Positions 11,940-20,000 of a DNA stretch of 20,000 nt are shown here, in pieces. The translations under genes and the position numbers were made by a program. Where the stretch lies: the NCBI GenBank assembly GCA_000934665.2, contig KZ538441.1, positions 50,148-70,147 on the forward strand, written 5' to 3'. The notes beneath the pieces were generated by a model that worked only from the letters and a program-made list of their open reading frames with translations, made no database searches and was not told where the DNA came from. How positions within the stretch are numbered: position 1 is the first letter of the stretch; every line of letters starts with the position of its first letter. This DNA is from Catajapyx aquilonaris. Taxonomy: Eukaryota.

Positions 11940-14900
11940 GCGTATAATGCATGAATCCCAGCCGCGTACATGCACGACAAACTGTTTCATTCCTACCCTA
12001 GGCTCTCATTTATCACCGGGGCCGCTGCGGAGAGGGTTGGTGGTTCTCTACCAGCTATACCAACACGTTTCACGTCAACTGAATTGCAACCGAACACATT
12101 GGAAATAAAACCAGGCCGGCGGACACAAACGTGCTGGGTGGATAGAACTGGGGGAGTGGGAGGAGTTTTTCGCCTTTTGACATTTTATGTTGCCGGTCAT
12201 TGTTTTGCATCCCCCCCAACTCTCTTTTGTGCGGTCAACTACATTGACAATGCATGAGGAAGTCCGGTCTAATACCCGCTTCACTAACCTAAAACACGGT
12301 CCAAGAAATTCCGGATGCTGCCAATTTTTGACACCCCCTATATTTCTAAGAACTATAGAAACTATCGTAATTACATGAGCTTCAGTTTCCATTGTGCACT
12401 GTCGTTACGCACATCACCGCCGGTTTGGTACGAGCTCCTCAAAACCCGCAGACAAAGATTTTCCAAGAAATTTCCTCCCCCTGCAATTACCTAGCTCGCT
12501 TTTAATGCGCCATAAACTCTCCCTGGAAATTGGCCATGAAAGAAACTTTATATTATAATTCCCGGATACTACGCAACTGGTAGCAATTTTCATTTCCTCC
12601 CTCATGTAATTTGTGGCTTGCGGTCAACACATTTGATAGCCCTATCTGCCAATCTTGTTGTTTTTTTTGTCTCATCCTATATCCTCCTGAGGCAGTATAC
12701 AGCTCGGTACCCTCATTTTTCTTAAGAGCATTCAAAGTCATTCTGGCGTGCCAAATTCGATTTGAGTGGGGTACCGAAAAAGGGATTCTTGCGGTGAGCC
12801 TGGAGCTTGAGCCCAAGTGCTGCGTTTCAAATCAGGTATAGAAAGACTGGGGGGTATGGTGGAGGTGGCAGCCAAGCAGGAGTGGGAAAGGTGGCCTGAT
12901 ATTTACGTAGAGTTAAGGCGAGGCGGATTTGCATGGAGAGGAGTAGGGGCTTGGCGCGTGTGAGAAGACCACATAAAACGTTGGCGGTTTTGCTAGCGGG
13001 GGCTTCGTGATTCGACTGGAGAAACGCCTGGAAAACAACGGAGGAGAAAAAGTTATGGCAAGAACCCCCAACTGTGTTAGTATTTCAGATGGCTATGACC
13101 TTTAGCTAATCACACAGGGTTTTAATAGCTATTTACCTGCGTAGTTCATACTTGGTAATTGGATAGAGACCTGAGGACCTAGTGTGTACGGATGGAGAGG
13201 CACGTAGCTGTTATCACTGTTTAATTTCCGCTCAATAATTACTCTTTTCGATCAGGCAGAGGGGTTTCCCCTGTGTGGTCCAGAGTCCCAAGTGTGGGTG
13301 GTTGGTTGGGGGGGATGTCCTCTTTCGCCATACCTCAACATTTCCATTCCTTGCCTGGTTTGGTCGGCTTGCGCTCTCTCCATTTCCACAGATTGAAATC
13401 TGGCCCTCCCCAACTTTCGTCAGATCCAATTTGCCCCGCCACTGTGCTCAGAATTTAAGAATCCGCCACCCAACTTGTAATTAAATAAACCTCCGCAGAA
13501 GTTCTCGCATGAATTTTATTTTCCGATTTGTCCCTGAAAAGAATTTTTAAGAGTCGCTTCCAACAGTTAAAAAAAAATGGGAGCATTTAACGCGTTTTTT
13601 CATTCTTTGAATGGGGCCTAAGAAGAACCCCAGGTGCAATGTGCCTTGAGTGTATGAAAGGAAGGGGAATTTGCTCTCTTTACATGAGCAAAGTCCAGAG
13701 GGAGCTGAGGCTTTTGAGACAGAATGCGCCAGGAGTCTCGCAACTCTTGGCTCGATTCCTAGCTTTTGGCCCCAAGGATTCCGCAGTGCAGGATGGGGAT
13801 CTCCCTTTCTGATTACCTCTCTTGCTTACGGTTTCTAGCTGCAGATGTACGTACTTGCTGGTGTGTATTTCAAGAGATAATCCGGCAGGGTTCAAGTATA
13901 CCACTGAAATCAATATTGCCTATATAGTTTTAATTAATTACCTTGCTTTCTCCTTTACAGACAATGCGGTTGTGGGTGTGCTATGTGCTGGTGTTCATCT
14001 CGCTTGTACGTGGGCAAGGTAAGTTTGTCCGCTAAAAATTTGGCGGTTCCTAACTCTAGGGGATAAAAGAAGACGAGAGAGAGAGAGAGAGAGAAAAAAA
14101 AAGTAGAGGGCATAGGATCGTAGTTAGCGCCATGAACAGCTGGCGTTCAACTTGGGAACATGAGGGCACGTTCAAAGTAACTTTGTGGTTCTACTTCTTT
14201 TTTTTTCTCAGTGTGGTGTATAACATGGTAGAAAGTTTGAGAGTTCAGCTTGTAGGATATATATATAAAAAGGAAGTAAAAATGGCCCTACTTCCAGATT
14301 TGTTTTTTTTTTTTGACACTAGCAATGTCCATTTTGAATTTGTAGATGGAAGGTTCGACTCGACCTTATCCGGTAAACAATCTGGGGAGGGCGAAACTAC
14401 AAGTGGCTTCTATTGACTTTTTCCCAAAGTGAAACGGGATCCGTTATGCCCCCGTGCGGTTTGGCCATAACGCCGAGAGAGCCCCCCCTATTCGACTCAC
14501 CTGCTACGCTCCACAGGACCCGTGCCGACATATAGCTTTCCAAATGCTGTTGGAAAAAAAATAGAACGGGGGAATTCTAGGAGTGGGGAAAAAATTAAGC
14601 GGGACTGGAAGTTTTTTTGTTCCAAATAGAGCAGGGAAAATGAAGCTAAAATTTTGTGCAGAGATTTTTTTTTAGGTCCACCAATTAATGGTTAGTTCAT
14701 GCCGAGTGGAATGGAGGTGGACCAGTAGTATTTGGATAGGGGAATGCCTAACAAATTCATTACAGTTGGGATAAGTGTCCGCGAAACGGACTGTGGGACA
14801 GGGGACGTTGAGCCAATGCAGTTATAGGTATTCGCGTTGGTTCTGATGAATTGTGAAAATTTGGAAGCAGGTAAAAGCCTTGGGTAAAAGCACAGCGACG

Positions 14901-15350
14901 GATTGTATGTGTATTCCATATTTCTGCATCAAAACCTTTTCCTCAATAATGGTGCCATCATGCTGATCTAGATAGCTGGAAAAATAAGACGTGGCAGGCA
15001 ATTGTAAAACTACAGGTACTCGCGAAAATATTATTGCATGAGCATGGGCATTACCTAGGAAGCAGGTTATATGAATTTTCTAACTCTTAAAACAAATTAC
15101 TCCTTGTACTCAAAATGCCTGGAGCAGATTTTCTTCTTTAAAAAATGAAAAAGTATTGTTTAATAAGGCTAAGTATGAAGTGGGCAAAGAGAGCGGGAGA
15201 GCAAGTTTTCTTCTATTAGCATCTTCCTCAGCATTCTTCCTCAGCTTTCCTACTCTTTGCCAGTATCTTGTACAGAAAATCCCCATTACCAAGAGCTCTT
15301 GCCATTACTAACTTTTCCATACAGAAATATAATGTTGTGACGCAGTTCTC
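11940..15350 (+). mobile_element. Near-full-length but heavily decayed LINE ORF2 (APE endonuclease + RT), CR1/L2 group
   Basis: Ordered motifs: DRTGGVGG...FYV (from 12141, ~DRxxxGGGVxxYV), GCCQFLTPP (~GxxYRPP), GTEKGILAV (~PTRxxxILDL), DH (~SDH, near 12967), KKKWEHL, AEAFE (~AExFN), NPAGF (~KAxGxD), GVHLACTWAR*VCPL (W at 14011, ~GxxPxxWKxAxVxP), QLVGY...MALL, IDF (14412-14420), LGP (14672-14680), YLG (15052-15060), IQK. A span of ~3.4 kb fits an ORF2. No intact catalytic YADD. Confidence 0.5.
14075..14094. repeat. (GA)10 microsatellite
   Basis: Read directly; followed by an A run. Confidence 0.9.
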
Positions 15351-15636
15351 TGAAATAACTTTGAAATGCAGCTTTAATTACATGAACCCTGCTGTTGACT
15401 GGATGTTATACAGTACATGAATCAGGTTTTATTATAGAAATCACTGCAAAAGTTATGCCCATATTCATACATACTGTTTCTCGCTCATTAATGACATTGA
15501 ATATCACAGAAGGATAGTGCACTAGTCAAATCCTTAGTTCAAGAGGAGGGTGAAAAAGTTTAAAATAGTTTATTCCAGAAACTAGTTTAAAGAGGGTTTA
15601 AACAAGGTTTAAAAAGGGTCATGACACACACACACA

Positions 15637-15897
15637 GGAGCGCATTGCTATCCTTGTGAGGTTTTTCCAAAATTTAAAATTTAAAACTAACCTAACCTAA
15701 CCTAACCTACAAGGAAACACACAAAATTTTGGTGAAATATATTTTTACTGTCTTTATGAGGTATGTTTTCGATTTTTCCCTCTCCTTGTGAGGCGTGTGT
15801 TCACTATGAGGTGCAGGAAAACTGCCTCGTAATGACAAAATTCCTCACAAGGATAGGAAAACGCGTAAAAAATTCCTCACAAGGATAGCAATACCTG
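15637..15897. mobile_element. Non-autonomous TIR element A embedded in (CA)n, with internal (CCTAA)n
   Basis: Perfect 18-bp inverted repeat ATTGCTATCCTTGTGAGG (15644-15661) / CCTCACAAGGATAGCAAT (15875-15892). Internal copies of the core at 15783-15793 and 15843-15856. CTAAC repeats at ~15687-15709. CA repeats on both flanks. Confidence 0.85.
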
Positions 15898-15920
15898 CCC
15901 ACATCCACACACACACACAC

Positions 15921-16279
15921 TCTTGTCTTGACTAAGGCGTGGGGACGGACATTGATCACTTTTCACTGCGAGTGTAAACTGATCTAACCTAACCTAACCT
16001 AACCTAACCTAACCTACCCTACCCTACCCTACCCTACCCTACTCTACCTAACCTACCCTACCCTAAGTAACCTAGGCTGAGAAAAATGGACTTTTGTGAA
16101 ACCCTACAAATGAAAATAGTGGGGACATGTCCCCACTAATTTACACATGTCCCCACTGTAATGGTACACTTCGCGTGTGTGAGACTGTGGGGACCGACAA
16201 ATGTCCCCACAATTGGAACTGGTCCCCACAGCTACAGTAAAACCACAGACTTCCGTCCCCAGACCTTAGTCAAGACCTG
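15921..16279. mobile_element. Non-autonomous TIR element B embedded in (CA)n, with internal (CCTAA)n/(CCTAC)n
   Basis: 25-bp inverted repeat GTCTTGACTAAGGCGTGGGGACGGA (15925-15949) vs 16252-16276, 23/25 identical. Multiple internal TGGGGAC/GTCCCCA motifs at 16117-16230. (CA)n on the left and decayed CA-rich sequence on the right. Confidence 0.85.
15984..16074. repeat. Pentamer array switching from (CCTAA)n to (CCTAC)n
   Basis: ctaacctaacc... to ~16015, then ctaccctaccc..., with a mixed tail. Confidence 0.95.
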
Positions 16280-16947
16280 ATCACCTATACTACACAAACA
16301 CACACAGGCTACACAATCACACTACAACACCTCTTGAAAGCAATAATTAGGGTGGTGATACTCTCAACACTGCACTGATTGAGTAAATAATCAATAACGT
16401 CTTCACCTCCCTCCCTTATGAACTGTGTATTTGAACAGTGCATCTCACTCTACCCAACTGGTACTGTACGTTGAAGAAAATAAACGGAATTTTTTAAACC
16501 AAAATATGTATTTTCCATTAAATATTTTACATGCTTTGCAATACAATATTAATTCCACTCGCTCTGAAAACTAGATCCAATATAATCAACAAAGCAAGAC
16601 AGGTTACAACGCAATTACCTTGATTTCTATAATATCTTCATTCGCTTAACTTGTTCATTCCAAGTTAGATAGGATAAATCAAATCTTTCATTATGGTGCA
16701 ACAATTATTTCTTAATTTGCCATGCATACTACATCTGAGGACTGATCACCGCCTCACTCCTTGACAAAAACCTTTCCTTCGTAGCGTAAAATATAAAGAA
16801 GGGCAAAAGCTAGGAAATATTCAATTACCAGAACAAGAGAATAGAGACGTGGACAGAAAGGGGACTCAGTATTGCACTTGCATAGTTTATTTCTAGACTT
16901 TGTTAACCGGTTTTATAAGTAATGTACAAATGAATAAAAAATAGTAT

Positions 16948-17027
16948 TTGAATCGGTCATTTTGAAAAGGGCAATATTCACATGAAAAGGGCATTGAATC
17001 TTGCCCTTTTCAAAATCACCGATTCAA
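16948..17027. repeat. 80-bp foldback (33-bp arms, 14-bp spacer), possible minimal MITE
   Basis: 16948-16980 vs reverse complement of 16995-17027 are 31/33 identical. The spacer contains a third TGAAAAGGGCA. Confidence 0.92.
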
Positions 17028-17059
17028 TTTTGCTTAAGAAATTTGAACTTCCCTACATT

Positions 17060-17950
17060 GGGGGAGTATGGAATGTGCAGATGCACATTGGAAAGCTTGT
17101 TGGCTCCAGGGAAATGTTGATGTCGTTCCACACTCTAGTGACAGAGGGAATGCACGAAAAACTAATCGAACATCTACTCCGGCAACTGTCTCTTTCCATC
17201 ATGGCCTCGCAGGAAAGGAAATAGCTTTGGCCCCAGCATTTATGACAACATTTATAATAAGTTACGCGCATAAAAAATTTATTCAAAAATAAAGATTCAA
17301 GTTAAAACTACTGTAGTGTGTGACAGCAAAAATATTTATTATAACCCGCGAACATAAAAACTAGAAAGAATATCATTGCATATGTGGTGTGACTTTGCAC
17401 CGCTTTGCACCTGTATGTTCACCACGTATCCTGTATCGATGCTGTATCGAAGTTCCTACAGACGATATCACTAAAGCCAGGTAATATCAGGATATTGTTC
17501 CATTAGAAAGCTTGTAAATTGGTACTGCATGATGGTTTAATATGATTCTAATTTTGTACACACAACGTGTGCAATAAGTTGTAATTAAACAATTCGTTTA
17601 TTAATTTTGCCGCAATTGCTAGGAAAATCTTTCATGCGCAACTCAAACTGTGCTGTAACTTATACATGTCCACTTTTTCGTTACCGTGTGTAAATGGAAA
17701 TTAGTCGCGGTTGCGTGGCAATGTATTATTATGCACTGCACTAAAGCTTGCTCCGAGCGACTCTTTTAAAAATGTCCATTTGGTGTGAATGGCACGTCGA
17801 TCCTCCTGACTTCCAGCATTCAATGACGTACTGTATGCGTACACAGCATTCCATTCTACTGTACATTGGCCTGTAATTATGGTTGTAAAGATGTTGTGAA
17901 CACTGAAGAAGGTCGTTAAAAAAAACACGATCTAGCGTTTGATTCATCAT
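17060..17950 (-). mobile_element. Degenerate LINE ORF2 3' fragments
   Basis: ORF 17741-17950: LYNHNYRP...MECC...W...DIFKRVAR (~LYxxxxRPxLEYCxxxW...QRxAAR). ORF 17053-17286: SFSCIPSVTRVWNDI (~SFxPxTxRxWNxL, the usual CR1/L2 ORF2 end). The two pieces may or may not be one copy. Confidence 0.35.
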
Positions 17951-18394
17951 AAAATAATATTATGCGGAAGAAAATAATATCCAACATATTGCATATACAT
18001 ACTAGAGTAGAGTGCTTCATTCATATAATTAAAAACGCGCAGTAATGCATGGTCATTTGTTTTTCATACATTGAAAGTTCCACAGGATATATATGATTGC
18101 ATAATGTTAAGATTGCATATCTACCGGTTGTCATTTACGCAACAAATAAAGGGTACATAGAAATGATTACGACTTGTCGGGTACAATGACCGAATGATGA
18201 CTTACAAAATGCATTTTTCTTGCCTAATCAGGTATGCCCACTTGTATATTCAGGCAATCGCAAGTAGGCTCCTAAGCTTTCTTGTAAATAAAATAAAGTA
18301 AAGAATATAACTTACATGCGCAGCATCGCAGTATTCCAGGGACACAACATGTACCCAGACCCTATTCCTGATTTATTTAAAAAATAGAAGCATA

Positions 18395-18658
18395 CTAGCA
18401 GGTTACCCGACGTTGCCCGGGTATGTTGTGGTGGTAGTGGTCGGGGTATCCATATCTGTATTATTTTTAGGAAGTTTATTTATTAATAAAATTAGTATTC
18501 CATATACACTCGATATGCCTTAAAACTGGTCATTGGGTATAGGGCTATAGGCTATTTGATTTGAAAACAATAAACCAAAGTTTGTCATTACCTGTGAAGG
18601 GTGTCACCTTGCACATGGCGAAGCCACAAACAAATCCACAAACGAACTAAAATATAGA
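18395..18658 (-). mobile_element. 264-bp non-autonomous Helitron
   Basis: Minus strand reads A|TCTATATTTTAG... at the 5' end and ...ACCCGGGCAACGTCGGGT-AACCTG-CTAG|T at the 3' end: 5'-TC, GC-rich subterminal hairpin (18405-18422), 3'-CTAG, insertion between A and T, no TSD. Confidence 0.8.
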
Positions 18659-18696
18659 TTAAGATATCATTTTCAGTACTAGCAAGACTACTAAAT

Positions 18697-18941
18697 AGTG
18701 GCTGAGAAGCAAATTGGGTTCATGTCGAAATTCGGCTATTTTGAGTTGTCGCTTGCATATGGCATTCCCCATGCCCAACTCTGTTTTGTAACTTGGCCTA
18801 AAGACATTTGTAATATTTGCTAATCAAATTATTAAGTTAATGTCATACTTTTACCGTGGCTGCGAGGCAAGCCTAGAACTTTGAATGCATTTATCTCAAA
18901 ACTAACTTTTTCGACATGAAACACTCCGTTTCTCAGCCACT
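18697..18941. mobile_element. 245-bp MITE-like element with interrupted TIRs
   Basis: Left AGTGGCTGAGAA-n10-TTCATGTCGAAA (18697-18730) and right reverse complement AGTGGCTGAGAA-n9-TTCATGTCGAAA (18909-18941); a further TTTTGAG block matches inward. No clear TSD, so superfamily is unassigned. Confidence 0.75.
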
Positions 18942-19110
18942 CTTGTAATGTATACAGTACAACTCCACACCTGGGTAAACAAGGCCACCCTTTGTCACTA
19001 ATTATTAAAATTTGCGCATTGTTAATTGCAAATATAGCTCTGAAATGACTAATTTTCTAAGCACTTCGAGTGTTCAAACGGAGAAGAAAAAAAAATAAGA
19101 AAGAGGTTTT

Positions 19111-19195
19111 CGGTAGCAGAGGGATTCGAACCCTCTCCTCCGAAGTTACTGGAGACTACATTCTAAATTACCGTAGACCTCTCGGACATACTACC
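19111..19195 (-). pseudogene. tRNA-Leu (probably TAG)-derived pseudogene or tRNA-like Pol III unit
   Basis: GGTAGTATGTCCGAGAGGTCTACGGTAATTTAGAATGTAGTCTCCAGTAACTTCGGAGGAGAGGGTTCGAATCCCTCTGCTACCG aligns by eye with eukaryotic tRNA-Leu (GGTAGCGTGGCCGAGCGGTCTAAGGCG...TCCAGT...TTCG...GGGTTCGAATCCC...). B box is perfect, acceptor and T stems pair, anticodon arm is disrupted, and a T9 run follows ~15 nt downstream (A run at 19087-19095). Confidence 0.8.
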
Positions 19196-19284
19196 TTGAG
19201 GAGTTTAGGTGCGAAAGGAAGGGGTTTGACTCAATACATTGAGTGTCAGATGCCAATATTTTATTTTAAAAAAAAAAAAACGGA

Positions 19285-19312
19285 GACGTCACGTGGGTGA
19301 CGGTGACGTCAC
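19285..19312. promoter_or_regulatory. Cluster of CRE (TGACGTCA) and E-box (CACGTG) motifs
   Basis: GACGTCACGTG at 19285-19295 and palindromic GTGACGTCAC at 19303-19312. Function not demonstrated. Confidence 0.3.
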
Positions 19313-20000
19313 GCACATGTCCACCCAATGTCTGGGTTTCACTATTTTTGTCAGAAGAAGGGGTGTGTGTGTGTGTCGTGGGTGGGGGGGTTCACCGGTG
19401 ATTGGCGGGAGTTTGGGCGGGAACCATGGTGATTGGCGAGACCAGGGACGGGAGATATGGCGGGGTGTCACAGGGGGAAGCCACTCTCCCATTCCAGCCT
19501 GCCGCTACCCTTGCCATGGCTGCAACCCCGTGGACCACGTGGACCCTGGACACTTCGTGCGGCTGACGTGTTAAACTACTGTATTTACAAATACTGTAAA
19601 TTCTGTTCCCCCCACCACACCTCCCAACCCGCCCCATCCCATCTCGTTGTGTGTTGCAAGTTGCTCCCAAAATGATGTTTTGTAGAGTTGAATGTCATCT
19701 GATTGAAAAGGAAAGTTGTTTGTAAATATTTTAACACAAAAAGTGTGAGCAAACGATAAGTAATTCGAAAACAGGTAAAGGAAGGCCCAGACAAATGCAA
19801 ACCTGACTTTGGTATAGTATAGCTACTGTACGGTACAGTGCTGGACATATTCGGACATATTAGCCGTCGCTGAATGTTTTTTCCCGGCGGCGGCGGCGGC
19901 GTTACCTGGCAACCCTGTCCGGCGGGCCAATTCAAACATCAGCCCATGGAGAGCGCTTCCATTGTTGCCACTGTCTACAAATCGAGTGAGTGACGCGGAC

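Noticed and set aside
15984..16074. (CCTAA)n as a true telomere or chromosome fusion site
   Set aside because: Short, degenerate, single orientation and enclosed by an element's TIRs.
19111..19195. Functional decoding tRNA-Leu
   Set aside because: Anticodon stem mismatch, 8-nt loop, extra bases after the D arm and a non-A discriminator.
329..19935. ORFs of 60-163 aa in the supplied track as host genes
   Set aside because: Short, overlapping on both strands, often with non-ATG starts and homopolymer-derived poly-F/K/G. Those with recognisable motifs are TE relic fragments, and no consistent exon chain is visible.
19380..20000. GC-rich segment with (GGC)5 as a CpG-island first exon
   Set aside because: No recognisable protein or splice structure; the overlapping ORFs are explained by GC content.

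Overview
Eukaryotic, probably invertebrate animal, genomic DNA with no supportable host protein-coding gene. The window is a transposable-element graveyard with two layers. (1) Very degenerate, frameshifted coding relics that I recognise only by motif order: Harbinger/PIF-like (1-1070, -), Tc1-like (~2890-4100, +), piggyBac-like (~4500-5320, +), hAT-like (~7200-8090, -), and several CR1/L2/Rex-type LINE ORF2 pieces (8770-10260 -, 10440-10850 +, 11940-15350 +, 17060-17950 -). (2) Crisp short non-autonomous elements and foldbacks that can be verified directly: a piggyBac-type MITE (2060-2185), a 47-bp palindrome (6369-6415), two tandem TIR elements with the same architecture inside one (CA)n tract (15637-16279), an 80-bp foldback (16948-17027), a 264-bp Helitron (18395-18658), and a MITE (18697-18941). 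There is also a tRNA-Leu-derived sequence (19111-19195, -) whose acceptor and T stems stay paired while the anticodon arm has decayed. A 79-N gap, isolated Ns and many long homopolymer runs point to imperfect sequence quality. All protein-family calls were made by eye and need profile searches. I found no convincing novel multi-gene system; the best leads are the CA-embedded element pair and the tRNA-like RNA.
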